A stretch of DNA of 64,000 bases from Macrostomum hystrix (Eukaryota > Animalia > Platyhelminthes). The notes below the pieces were generated by a model. It saw only the letters and a list, made by a program, of their open reading frames with translations. It did not search any database and was not told the DNA's origin. Each line of letters opens with the position of its first letter. The first letter of the stretch is position 1. The DNA lies in contig CATNEN010000011.1 of NCBI GenBank assembly GCA_950097015.1, positions 6,386,001 to 6,450,000 on the forward strand. Direction: 5' to 3'. The translations under genes were made by a program, and so were the position numbers. Shown here in pieces: positions 1 to 11,990 of this stretch.

Positions 1-9
1 ACTTTTAAA

Positions 10-520
10 GCTGTCCGACGTCAGCAACGTCGAGATATTTAGCGATTCTTGTCGAAGACCCTGGTGACAAGGACAACTGACATTGCTCTGTATAAACCTT
101 TGTTGGTCCGAAGGTCGCCTGTATGTCTACAGGTCAGCGTAGATGGTCACCATTGTCCAATTCATTCACCGATTATGTCTACTGACTCAAGACTGCATCC
201 AGAAGAGGATTGTTTCGTTTTACTTTGGGAACGATGCCGGCTTTGAGATGCCGATCGGTTGCTTTTTTGAAGGTCCCCACGGTCGCCGCCGATTCTCGAG
301 ACGGTGATGAAAGGGACCCTGTTGACTGGGACGCTGAGAACAAAGGTCCCGGTGACTGATTGACATGATGAGCCGAAATGAGTTTGTGGAGCCGAAATAG
401 TTATATTATGAGATTTTTTGAGCGGAAAAATTATGCCTACGAGCTTGAATATTCGTGGTCTTGGCCACCTGACACCCCGACGAGAATCTTTAAATATCTC
501 GACGATGCTGATGTTTTGTA
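10..520. mobile_element. MITE-like family A, copy 1 (imperfect ~55-bp inverted termini)
   Basis: ccgacgtcagcaacgtcgagatattt (15-40) is inverted to aaatatctcgacgatgctgatgt (~492-514); the same termini recur at 44718-44935 and 56866-57190 with different internal lengths. Confidence 0.5.
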
Positions 521-988
521 TTTCCTTGGATAGAGCGGAAAGCACACTGGGTGGCTGTGTGTAACGACCCTCGGTGCCTATAGACTGTACAGCTAGCTGT
601 ACGCAACCTTCATAAGCGCCACGCAATTATAGCAGCGATTGGATTTGGTTTGATTTCTAATGACCTACCTGTATATTTTTTCTGCTAAATTGTTACCAAA
701 TCCATTATTCACTTTCGAGCCGCCAAAGTCGTTCAGATAACTCACTTCTGGCACTGAACATTGACTGTGGCAATCTGGTAGCCGCTAGTTACTTGTCTGC
801 AAGGCTCGTTCTTGCCAACATATGGATAGAGACTCTCCTGAGCTATGCGAGTGCTGCCGCCCTGAATTGTAAATTGTTAGTGAAAACTAGCTTGATCTGG
901 CACAAACAGTTTACATGTAACCGTTCCACCCATTTCAGCTTGTCTCCCACCCACCCCATTTAGCCATTTAGTCCCCAACCCAACCACC

Positions 989-1316
989 GGGGGTGAGTGG
1001 CAGGGCGGTTATCGTGTTTGTCTCTTGAGCCAAGGTAGCCTGAGCTCGATTCCGCGGCGAGGCCGTTTATTTGGGGCGCAGCCGCGGAGAGAAGGCTTGG
1101 TGGCTTGTTGTGCAATTTACGCCCATGAGGGCCAACCTTCAAGGCACAGTGACAGTGTACACTGCCTGACGATGAGAAAGTCAGGGCAGATGTACACACC
1201 TGTGAGCGTATGCCTGTGTACAGTATCCGTGTGCGTGTGTGCTCAAGAGTCAGCGAAATGGGCAGAATTGCCTTCTCGCTGGCTGCAGGTCTAGTGCCTG
1301 CAGCCCTGCTGCAATT
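989..1316 (+). mobile_element. tRNA-derived SINE family 1, full copy
   Basis: A-box-like GGGGTGAGTGGCAGGGCGGTT, B-box-like GAGCTCGATTCC, conserved body (TGTACACTGCCTGACGATGAGAAAGTCAGGGCAGATGTACAC), AT-rich tail; about 8 homologous copies in the window. Confidence 0.85.
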
Positions 1317-1344
1317 ATAATAAATATAATATAATAGCTAAACC

Positions 1345-1760
1345 AACCCATTCAGCCTAACCCGCTCCGTAAAGCTTGTCCCGTAACCCAACCACCCCAT
1401 CCAGCCTGACCCACTTCGTTAAGCTTGTCCCGTAACCCAACCACCCCATCCAGCCTGACCCACTTCGTTAAGCCTGTCCCGTAACCCAACCACCCCATCC
1501 AGCCTGACCCACTTCGTTAAGCCTGTCCCGTAACCCAACCACCCCATCCAGCCTGACCCACTTCGTTAAGCTTGTCCCGTAACCCAACCACCCCATCCAG
1601 CCTGACCCACTTCGTTAAGCCTGTCCCGTAACCCAATCACCCCATCCAGCCTGACCCACTTCGTTAAGCCTGTCCCGTAACCCAACCACCCCATCCAGCC
1701 TGACCCACTTCGTTAAGCTTGTCCCGTAACCCAACCACCCCATCCAGCCTGACCCCTTAC
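1345..1760. repeat. 49-bp tandem repeat (~8 copies)
   Basis: unit cccgtaacccaaccaccccatccagcctgacccacttcgttaagcttgt; lies downstream of cathepsin exon 4, presumably intronic. Confidence 0.95.
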
Positions 1761-1934
1761 CCACACAGTTTAGCTTGTCCACCCACATCATTCAGGCTGT
1801 TCCCTCACTCACCCCAATTAGCTTGCTCGCTTACCCACCTATCCAGTTGGTCTTGTCATCTGAAACTCAGTTTTAAGCTGGCTCCCTCTACGCGTTTAGG
1901 TTGAGCAAGTTCTCAATTCTGTAACACTACTCAC

Positions 1935-4048
1935 CGAGTAGTACACTGCGGTGTGACAAATATCGCCACCGGCGCATCCAGCAGAGCCAGCTGTGCAGTC
2001 GGTCACCTGTTGAACGCTCAGCTCAGTCAGGGGGCCCTGCCTGGTACCAGTAAACTCGCTTTCAGCCACCTCAGTAATGGCAAAAGCCCAGCAGGCGCCA
2101 CAGGAGCCTTGGTTTTTAACACCGGTCACAGCATTGACATCGCGCCTGTTACAATAGGAGCAGGGTCAAAAAAACCAAAGCCTTAAGACACCATGAAAAC
2201 AAAAAAACCCATTCAGACTAATAAATTGTAAATGACGCATCACACCAGAGTGGAAACAAATACACTGTCGGCTGTCTCACTATAACATTTAACAAAAAAT
2301 AATGCCGATTTGAAATTAAAATAGCTAATAATTACGGCAATTTTTTTCCACAAAGTCTTCATTTTTACCAGTCAATGCGATCGGGCCGAGTTTCGAATGA
2401 AACGATGTCTTTGAATGCTGGAGAATTGTCACTGCGACGCAATCTGCTTAGCCTTGGCTCCGTAGCACTGGTACTCACATTCGATATCAAAGAAGATAGA
2501 TAACGCTCTGGAACGGGTCATTTTTAATATTCAGATATTATTAATGTGGCTAAAACATTAGTGAGAAGTTCAGCTTTGAATGCTACAAAGAAGCAATTAA
2601 ATTAAGTGTAGAAAAGTACTTTTAGCCATTCGGTGTCACAGAACACAATATTGTTCTGCCTACAAATTTCGCAACTCTTATAAAAAATGAACAGGTAAAA
2701 TGTAAATAGTTTTTAATGGAAAGTTTAAAAACTGAATTAGTTCACAATCACATGTTGCAGCGTGTTTACGAGCATTATAGTATTATAATATTAGTAGTTA
2801 TTTATGAAAAGTGCTACAACGCGCGAATTAATATCGATATAAAATCGAAATCTTAACGCTCGTCGATTAAGTTTTATTAATCTGTTCGCTAGTTTACGAA
2901 ATTGTTTGCAATCCTCTAGTATTGCACGTTTAATTCTTTAACGAAAATATTTAGGACTTATAGATCTTAGCTACCAGCAAGTAAATACTTTAACTCGCGC
3001 GAGTTTTCGGATGATGTGGCAGTGCATACATAGCTATGTCTATGGCCAAAACCAAGGAAAAGAGAGAAGATGGGCGGGAGCGCAGAATACATTGTGTATT
3101 TTGTGGCCGGGAGGGACTAGGAGGAAAGATGATTTCATTCTTGCATTTATACTTTTCAAAAAATTATTTTCTGGGTGGCACACTACTATGCCGTGTAAGT
3201 GCATGTGCACTTCTATGACATCTGATTGGCTTGTTATTGTTGTTTGCAGGTTGCTAGCTAGTGATTGTTTATATTTTTTACTTTAAAAGTCATTAAAATT
3301 GTCGTTATAAAATCAATTTGAATTAAACGTATGAAACTATAGAGGATTAACTAGAGGATTGCTAACCGGCTGTGTTCTTTGCTACTTCTTTGTTAAATGT
3401 TAAGTCCTATATGAATGAGAAATATAAGAAAACAAGTAGGCGTACAATACAAAGGCTGCACTCTTTACCGCGAAATTCAAGTGGACTTAGGTGCATAAAT
3501 TTGGTGATGCCAAATCTGGCGGCGCCTTTGATCCTGCTGGCGGGCTCTTTGCTGGCCAGGCGAGACTCAATTAAGGCGGCCACAGTTAACAAATTATCCT
3601 GTCAGAAAGTATATTCGTCACAGGCAGTAATTAGAGAGTTATAAATTAATAAGTTATAATCAGTTATAAAGTATCTGAAGTCAGATAAAATAGTTAATAC
3701 AGATCATTTAATTACCCGAAAGATAAACTGCCGCTTATCCAATTCTCCGCTAGCCATGCCATCCATGTGGGGATAATTTTCTCCACGATCAATGTACTTT
3801 TTAAACAAACACGCTACCACGCCGCGGGAGATGCATTTTTTGCCTAGGCCCAATCTGACGCACCAACCGATAAGCTGGTACAGATGATCGTTTAGCGGCA
3901 GGCTGGCATTGCAGATGCCGGCAGAAAATTGGCGCCTATTTTCTTCAGTGGGGTGTTCGCTACTAATCGAAAACAATCCATGGTGCCGTACAGCTGAGAC
4001 CAAGCAAGCGAACGAGGCAACAGTTAAAATGATTGTTAGGCAGCCCAT
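1935..4048 (-). CDS. CTSO: Cathepsin O-like papain-family (C1A) cysteine protease, 5' four exons; remaining exons not found, probably outside the window
   Basis: Exons 4048-3716, 3598-3469, 2507-2369, 2145-1935, GT-AG with matching phases. Signal peptide MGCLTIILTVASFACLVSA; I29 prodomain (ELDKRQFIFRDN, ARFGITKFMHLSPLEFR); mature start [25 protein letters not shown] with catalytic Cys; LSVQQVTDC and GCAGGDIC resemble cathepsin O. No catalytic His/Asn exons seen in 1-1934. Confidence 0.85.
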
Positions 4049-4744
4049 TTTGATTAAACAGCCAGTTAAATTTTCAAGTTGGTGCTGAAATGAAGCTAGG
4101 AAAGGTAATAAAACTATTTCTTTGTTCTGCCACCATCTATTTATAAACGGTGATACATAGAGCAAAGAGCCAGCTCTTTTAGAAAATCGAGCATATTAAA
4201 TCTTAAGAAAAAAACAACACAATTTGTAAAAAATGGTAACCATTTAAAAACTTTAAAACGATAGTAAGCGAATGATACCCTAGGGGAGAGGCAAAAAGTA
4301 AGAAAAACGACGACTGGTAAAATCTGTCAGCCAATCAAAAGTCGGAGGAAGCGTAGGAAGTGTGAAGTTAAAATGACTGGGTCGCCTGAGCAAAAAAGGG
4401 CAGACAATCTATGCCAAGTAAATCAAGCAAATGTCTTATTTCGTCATAAAATATATATTGATTCAAACTCATCGCTTTAGTTCACTAGATGTACTTTACA
4501 ATACTCGCGAAGTATTGACACTCGATGGGTAGAGGGCAAGGCAACTCCATGCAGTGGCCATAGACAAACTAATCAAACTCCTATCCTTCCAATTCTGAAC
4601 TGGATTCAGTGCAGTGCCCATAGACAACAAGTCGCAGACAGGTCTGGACTGAAAATAAAATGAAAGAAAAGGAGAATTTATTTTAACCGAGAGCATATTA
4701 TTGTTCGTCTGCACTCTCCACAATCCTGCAGACTCTAAACAAAA

Positions 4745-6139
4745 ATGAACGGGCAACAGCCATTCATCCCTGTGCAATTAAATCTAGGAAATTTCGGATT
4801 TTCTGATTTTAGTGCCATTCAGCCAGCTGCGTATTTCACCTATCTGCCACAGGCTCTATTACCATCGTCGCTACCACTACCTGTTCAAGTGCCGCAGCTG
4901 CAATCAACGACACAGACAACGCAAAGCAGCAACGGCAATAGCAGCGACATTGGTAGCAGTCAATTAGCCCGAATCGCACATGCGGCCAATAACGCAGCAG
5001 TTTTATCTTCGCAGGAGGACTCAACTTCTAGTGCCAGTGCTACCGCTGCTTGGAAAGTTGACGATCTTGTAGCTCAGCTTCTTGGTACCGTTGATCCAGG
5101 TTCCTGGTCTTCTTGGGGCCTTAACGCTGACTGTGTTAACGGGGCCGGAGACAGCTTTAGTATCAAGGAGATTCCAGCTGAGACCCAGAGCTTCCCTGAA
5201 AGCGACGACAACGATATCGCGATCCAAAAAAATATTGATCGTCATTTTCATCCGGATGAAGACAGTCGTAAACCGAGGCCAAACTCAATAAGAAGTGAAA
5301 AAGAGGCTGTATGGACTGGAACAATGCCCGTGCGCGTGTACAAGAACGCCAGATTCTCGCAAAAGGTGTTTGTCGGTGGTCTGCCGCTGATGGTAAAGTC
5401 AAGCGAAATACAAAAAGTGTTCAGCTCCCTGGGCAGCACCCGCGTCATTTTACCAAAGACGAGGGGTCCGTCGGGAGCGAATCAGATCCATGGATACTGC
5501 CACATCGTTTTGAAGGACGGCAAGTCTGTCAAGCGTCTGCTCACCAGGTGCCAGAAAAATGTTGATAATCCGGACGACACAATCATGGTGATAGTTCAGA
5601 GCTACGAGTACTTTTACGAAATGCAGCTCGGCAATGCCAAGAAGAATGTTCAAATCATACCATGGTGCACCAACGACTCACACTATACCCATCAGATGAG
5701 CAGTAGTGGCAAGAAGCACGTTGTCTTCGTCGGCGCCCTGCACGGCATTATGACGGCGGAGTTCCTCGGCCGCGTTATGTCCGATCTGTTCGGCAATATC
5801 GAGTTTGTTACGCTGGACACGGATCGTTTCGAATACCCAATCGGCAGCGCCCGCGTGGGCTTCACTAGTCGCGAGTCCTACATGAAGGCTTTGAAGACCA
5901 ACTTTGTCAAGATCAAGACTAGCCGCTTCTCCAAAGTGGTGCAAATCGAGCCTTACCTCGAGGACTCCGCCTGCTCCGTGTGTAATCAGTGCATCGGTGT
6001 AAACTTCTGCAAGTCTGACGTATGCTTCCGCTACTACTGCACGCAGTGCTGGGAGCGCATGCACGCCTGCCTCGACCACAGAAGCATGATGGAGCACCAG
6101 CGTCTGAACAAGAAGCGGCAAGAAGAGTCCGGCTACTAG
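4745..6139 (+). CDS. CPEB1: CPEB1/Orb-like cytoplasmic polyadenylation element-binding protein, intronless, 464 aa
   Basis: RRM1 SQKVFVGGLP; RRM2 VFVGALHGIMTAEFL...DTDRFEYPIGSARVGF...QIEPYLED; C-terminal Cys6/His2 ZZ-type zinc domain (CSVC..C....C..YYC..CW...H...H); Q/S-rich N terminus. Confidence 0.93.
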   Translation: MNGQQPFIPVQLNLGNFGFSDFSAIQPAAYFTYLPQALLPSSLPLPVQVPQLQSTTQTTQSSNGNSSDIGSSQLARIAHAANNAAVLSSQEDSTSSASATAAWKVDDLVAQLLGTVDPGSWSSWGLNADCVNGAGDSFSIKEIPAETQSFPESDDNDIAIQKNIDRHFHPDEDSRKPRPNSIRSEKEAVWTGTMPVRVYKNARFSQKVFVGGLPLMVKSSEIQKVFSSLGSTRVILPKTRGPSGANQIHGYCHIVLKDGKSVKRLLTRCQKNVDNPDDTIMVIVQSYEYFYEMQLGNAKKNVQIIPWCTNDSHYTHQMSSSGKKHVVFVGALHGIMTAEFLGRVMSDLFGNIEFVTLDTDRFEYPIGSARVGFTSRESYMKALKTNFVKIKTSRFSKVVQIEPYLEDSACSVCNQCIGVNFCKSDVCFRYYCTQCWERMHACLDHRSMMEHQRLNKKRQEESGY

Positions 6140-7537
6140 TGTGCACAAGAGGATAACCAAGTGGCTTAAGGCAAGTGGAGCTGAGTTTCTGAACAACTAG
6201 ATAATATGTCGAGCCTCTACTGCCGATTGAGTAAAAGCTGCAGTTAAAAAAACTCAAGTACAATTTATAGTTAATAATGTTCTAGTTCAATTATAAAAGC
6301 ATAATGTACCGTAGAAACGTTAATTATTAAAACGCACAAAATGAAAACGCAATTTTACTTCTAGAAGTCCAATGGAGCTAATTGAGGGAAAAGACTATTT
6401 CTATAGTAAAGAACCGTTATAAACTGATTTTAACCAGCATAAAAACACATTTTCTATTTCAACAATTTTCTTTTCCGGTAAGGTTTTACATTTTTCTATT
6501 TTTTTGTGCTCTAGTTAAACCTTATGCTTTTCGACAAGCAAATGCATGTTTCTAACCAAGATTTTACCCACGTTTTATAACCTAATGCACTTCATATTTA
6601 ATTTTTATGAAACTTCCGGTCTGCTTATTCCGCGTTTCCAAAACTTTAACCCTGCTTGTTGGTACTAAAGCCTTAACCTTTTATGCCTAGCTGGATTACA
6701 AAAACGTTTATTAACTCTTCAGTTGTTTTACCGCAATCGCTGAGTTAGATGGTTTCATAAAAATACTTTAACCTGTACTTAACTAAACATGTTCATTTTT
6801 ATCAGCTACGCCACTTGTTTTGTTAATCTAATGCGCTAACAAATTCGACTGTTGTTAAACAATTTAAAACAGAATTCAAAAATTTACCTTTAAAGTGTTT
6901 TAAGAGCAACGTATTTTTTTCTGCTAATAGCAAAGTTTTTTCAAATTTCCTGATTAATTCTCTAGAGAGAACTCTTTTCTGATGTTTCTGCAGCCTCGTT
7001 GGTTGAGTCTTTAGGACAGGTTTTTAAAGCAATAAAAGTTATCACTCAAAGAAAGAAGTCCTTTGTCTTAATTTTTTAAATCAAAAATCAAAGGGAGTTA
7101 ATAAAACACGGCTTTATAATTGTCTGATGCAGAATTGCAAGTGTAATGCAGTTTAATACTAAACAAACAACAGAGCCATTTTTGCAATCGCATGATTTTC
7201 AGATAACAAACTACTTCAGCCAAGCAGTTGCCAATAATTGGGATGTACAGAGACCAGAAAGGCACAATACAACAGATAAATCGGCTTGTAGATGAAAGGG
7301 AGAAATGCATTGTAACCGTAAAAAGACAGCGACTTGAGGAGAATGGAAACGGATTAAAAGTACTTCAAAGGGATGTTTTGGTGTGGGGATGAAGAACTTG
7401 CTCAAGGGGGATAAGCTGTCCATCTAACCTGCTCAATTGGGATAACTGCTCTTAAGTTAGGAGTTTTTGAGGGCTCTGGACGCATTGTCTAGACACAGCC
7501 CAGAAACTAAGCCCAAGAGGTTGAATTTCGCAAAGCA

Positions 7538-10500
7538 TTACAAAAAATGCGTGATCGATTTGGCATCGCTAGAAAAGCACGAGGTCAGGCTGAACAGGCG
7601 CAGTCGATTCTCAACCACCGGCTCCTCGTCATCCTCTTCGTCGTAGGAAGACGAACCAGACGAGCTGTCGTCGGCTAGAAGCGAACGAATATGCCTCTGA
7701 CCGGAACAGGTAGCCAGGACTGGGCAGGCCGAGTTGGGGCACAGCGACACCGAATTGCAAGCGTCGGCGTGAACCGTCCATTCGGCGCAGTGATCAATCT
7801 CACTGTTCGTAGCCTTTGGCGGTGTTTTCAAATCGAACACTCGCACCTGGCCAGTGAAGCACGGGCTAATCAGAAATCTACCAGTGGGATCTAGGTCGAA
7901 CTGCATCCGTTGATTCGTTGCTACAATGCGTCGCATTGTGGCCAGAATGATGCCCGGGAAGCGTACGTCCCAACAGTGAATTTCTGGATCCTTTCTGCCG
8001 CCGCTGTACAGTAAATTTCCGCAAGGCGAAAACTGCAGCTGAGTGACACCGCCGAGCTGCATTGAGTATAGGACGGTTTAGAGGTTACCTTGCGCCGTGT
8101 GCTTTAGGGGTAGGCCCTCCCTCATGGGCGTAAATAGCATGAGAAACCGCCAAGCCTCTCGTCAACGGCTGCGCCCCAAATGAATGTGGCCTCGCCGCGG
8201 ATTTGAGCTCATAGACCTTGTTTTCGCTCCCCAACCAAATCCTGAATTTGATTACACCTGTCCTAACGAGGCCAGAATGTGCAGCTGACCACAGCGGCAT
8301 CTGAAAGTTATGCTAAGTCCATGGTCTGCGGGACGCCACGCCCATCATTTGATTACACTAGACCTGCAGCCAGCGAGGAGGCAATTCTGCCAATTTAGCT
8401 GACTACTGAGCACACACGCACAGGTATATACATCTGCCCTGACTTTCTCATCGTCAGGCAGTGTGCTCTCTCACTGTGCCTTGGAGGCTGGCCCACAAGA
8501 GCATAAATCGCACGACAAGCCCCCAGCCTTCTTTCCGAGGCTGCGCCCCAAATGAAAGTGGTCTCGCCGCGGAATCGAGCTGAGGGACCTTGGTGCGAGA
8601 GGCAAAGGCGACCCCCCCGACCCCCGGAAACCACCCATAATTACCCAAGCAAAGTCTGGCACCCATTTAACATGGGTGAATTGAAGCAATTCTGAGTTTA
8701 GTGTCGCGTTAAAGAGCACGCATTGTTCCAGTGAAGTCCGGAATCGAACCCCTGACCTTCGAGTCGTTAGTCTGACGCTTCAACTATTTATTGAGATTCT
8801 ATTTAGGCCGACTTTCCAGGAAATAATAAGAAAATGTACCAAAGTTGAAGCACAGATGAACGGCAATCGCCAAAACATATACTCAGTCTCACCTGGCCCC
8901 TCATACAGGCGAGCATAGAGCCAGGCTCAGCGAATAGGCACACTGTACGATTATAGCTGCCGCAGGCATAGACCCCAGGCCTGGCAGGTGTGCAGGCCAG
9001 CGCGGCGATGATGCCGCCCTGGCTGGGCTTGACACCGACTCGAGGCCGCCTCTCGGACTGCTTGCCGGGCCGGTGAACGTCGAAGACGCGCAGGTGACGC
9101 TCGAAGCCGCAGTACAAACGGGCGCCATCTGAGCTGAACGCCACACTGTAGGGAGCCTGTGGTGCAGATTGAAAACCCGTCATAACCAGGGCTAGGCATC
9201 GCTGCATGTTTTAACTTATTGAAGTTAAAAGCATTAAAGAGAAAACCAACAGTTAACTTTAACTTCCGTTAAAACAGGAAAATTAACGGAAGTTAACAGA
9301 ATTTAATGAACTAAACTAATTTTTTAATTTATTTAAATCGACTTATTACAGATACTCATCCAGCACCAGGCTAACGCCACTGAGCTTTTACGCAACAGCG
9401 ATTGTTATTATAGAAATAAAGAAAATAATTCCAGAAATAAAAGAAGCTTCCCAGTTTTTCTATTTTCCGGAGAGAAAAAAACACTTTTGGAAAATCTGGA
9501 AAAACTATTAACGGACCACACCACCCGTTAATACCCGAAAAAGGTAAATCTGGCCCGTTAAAAGTAGGAAAAAAGTAACGCTTAATAGCAGATTAACGCT
9601 AAGTCAGGTTAACGGATTAACCAGACTAATGCCCAAAACTGGTCATAAAATGAGGAAGATAGATGTAATGAATAAGCCTCACCTGTAGCTCATCCAGGTG
9701 ATTGTATGGCGCATAATGAGCTCTAACTTGTCCGGTGAACGCGTCCCATAGGCGTACAGGACTATCGCGCGAGCAGGCGGCCAGACAGCAGGTGTCTGGA
9801 TCGCTTGAGTTCATGCTCGGATACCTGGACACAAGCGGGACTCAGTAGCGTAGAATGGCAGTTTTATTATTAGTTTTGTATGATAGTTCAGTAAAGCAGC
9901 AGGCAACGCACCAACACATATCGTAGATAAGATCGGACTCCTGCATGCTGAGAACAGGCTGCCAGCCACCAGCAGCAGCTTCGTCAGCGTCGGAACGGGG
10001 CATGTTGAATAGTCTCAGCTGATTATCAGCCGAATTAGTCAACAGGCAGAGACCGTCTGGAGAAAATTTACAGCCTCGAAAGTAGTTCTCCTGTCTAGTT
10101 AGAGTGAAAGCAGACAGCTCTGCTGGCGGACTAGAGCTGCTGGGCTGCAGCGAGGTGTACAGCACTGGAATCGCTGACTGCAAGGATTCATCCGCCTCCG
10201 CATTCCTTGACTGGGCATCCGCCCCCGCATTCCTTGACTGGGCATCCGCCCCTGCATTCCTTGACTGGGCATCAGCCCCTGCATTCCTTGACTGGGCATC
10301 CGCCCCTGCATTCCTTGACTGGGTATCCGCCCCCGCATTCCTTGACTGGGTATCCGCCCCCGCATTCCTTGACTGGGCATCCGCCCCCGCATTCCTTGAC
10401 TGGGCATCCGCCCCGGCATTCCTTGACTGGGCATCAGCCCCTGCATTCCTTGACTGGGCATCAGCCCCTGCATTCCTTGACTGGGCATCAGCCCCGGCAT

Positions 10501-11138
10501 TCCTTGACTGAGCATCCGCCCCTGCATTCCTTAACTGGGCATCCGCCCCTGCATTCCTTGACTGGGCATCCACCCCTGCATTCCTTGACTGGGCATCCGC
10601 CCCGGCATTCCTTGACTGGGCATCAGCCCCTGCATTCCTTGACTGGGCATCCGCCCCTGCATTCCTTGACTGGGCATCCGCCCCGGCATTCCTTGACTGG
10701 GCATCAGCCCCTGCATTCCTTGACTGCGAATGTATCGCATCCTGATTAAGATTGCAAGTGTCAGCAGCGGCAGTGATTAGACTTTGATCAACAAAATCGA
10801 TATCGAGGGCGTCTAACGCCTCCAACGAAATAGCAGCCGCGGCAGCCGCCACCGAGTCAAGTCGGGACAGCTTGGCAGATGATGGCGCCGACAGATTATC
10901 ATCGGCGGCGTCTGCGCTCTCGCTGACGGACCAATCCCAGCTGAGGTCGCAGCCTCTGAAAGTTAAAAATGCAAATAGCTTGTAAGTTGTTCGAGTTTTT
11001 CTATTGCAGGTCCCTCAGTTCGAAGATACTTTAGTTTCATTGTATTTCGTTTTATAGTTTACTTAGTTAAGTCGCGATTCTGTTCCAAATCATCGCCACT
11101 AGCGGCTGTTGTTGCAGAATCAGCAGACACAGAAATCG

Positions 11139-11202
<64 letters not shown>

Positions 11203-11373
11203 GTTGGTCACATTAACCAGAGACATTTTGGTGCGAAATGGCTTAGCCCCATTGTGCCCGGCAAAGCTGCTTGAGTCGTCTTCAACAGTTTGAAATGATC
11301 CAACCGGCCTAGGAACAGCCAGGTAGTGCGAGACAAACACGGGCGACCTGGATCGCTCTTCATCGTCATCCAT
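7538..11373 (-). CDS. WRAP53: WRAP53/TCAB1 telomerase Cajal body WD40 protein
   Basis: Exons 11373-11063, 10955-9912, 9824-9683, 9156-8893, 8056-7538, phases consistent. Motifs ENYFRGCKFSPDGLCLLTNSADNQLRLF, RDSPVRLWDAFTGQVRAHYAPYNHLDEL, GGVTQLQFSPCGNLLYSGGRKD, TNQRMQFDLD, ADACNSVSL. Confidence 0.93.
8090..8222 (-). mobile_element. SINE family 1, partial divergent copy
   Basis: ggctgcgccccaaatgaatgtggcctcgccgcggatttgagctc matches the post-B-box segment of the other copies. Confidence 0.6.
8255..8785 (-). mobile_element. tRNA-headed CORE-like SINE family 2, interrupted by a SINE1 copy
   Basis: B-box GGTTCGATTCC near 8740 (minus); body aattgcttcaattcacccatg-ttaaatg; tail segment with agtccatgg matches the 46845 and 58165 copies. 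Confidence 0.65.
8356..8625 (-). mobile_element. SINE family 1 nested in SINE family 2 (WRAP53 intron)
   Basis: homology to other copies, including gccagcgaggaggc and ctgactttctcatcgtcag. Confidence 0.85.
10187..10726 (-). repeat. 27-bp coding minisatellite (~20 x QSRNAGADA) inside WRAP53 exon 2
   Basis: plus-strand unit gcattccttgactgggcatccgcccct; frame open and continuous with the WD40 region. Confidence 0.9.
11141..11200 (-). repeat. (GCT)20 poly-alanine tract in WRAP53 exon 1
   Basis: pure GCA x20 on the plus strand. Confidence 0.95.
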
Positions 11374-11629
11374 CGCAGCTTCCGGATTGTTCGCCTGCAA
11401 GCGAAGCGCACAGGTGTGAATTACAGTGTGATGTAAGTACATCAGTTCATGCCTCAAATCCATATAGCAGAGCTTCTAGAGTCACACAAGTGCAATAACA
11501 AACGAATTCTCATTAATTCTAACCCTAAAAAACTTTGCTAAATGATAGCTCTTTAAAATCCCCAAAAATCACTGGCAGTTTGAGGCCCTCGAAAAAATAC
11601 CAGTTGGCAGTTTTAAAATAGTGGTAGTT

Positions 11630-11990
11630 TAAAAATCCCAAATACTGGCTGCTTAAAATCCCAAATACTGGCTGCTTAAAATCCCAAATACTGGCTGTTT
11701 AAAATCCCAAGAAGTACCGACTGTTTAAAATCCCAAGAAGTACTGACTGTTTAAAATCCCAAGAAGTACTGACTTTTTTAAATCCCAAGAAGTACTGACT
11801 GTTTAAAATCCCAAGAAGTACTGACTGTTTAAAATCCCAAGAAGTACTGACTGTTTAAAATCCCAAGAAGTACCGACTGTTTAAAATCCCAAGAAGTACT
11901 GACTGTTTAAAATCCCAAGAAGTACTGACTTTTTAAAATCCCAAGAAGTACTGACTGTTTAAAATCCCAAGAAATACTGGCAATTTTGAA
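11630..11990. repeat. 26-bp tandem repeat
   Basis: unit aaaatcccaagaagtactgactgttt, with shorter variants at the left end. Confidence 0.93.

Noticed and set aside
162-626. 154-aa minus-strand ORF
   Set aside because: Lies in MITE-like family A sequence with no recognisable motif
690-870. Weak resemblance to a LINE C-terminal zinc-knuckle region (..DRDSPELCECC)
   Set aside because: Too short, contains stops, and no RT motifs nearby
6880-7020. Short minus-strand open frame ending at a GT donor
   Set aside because: No acceptor or start and no compatible downstream exon; probably UTR or intergenic
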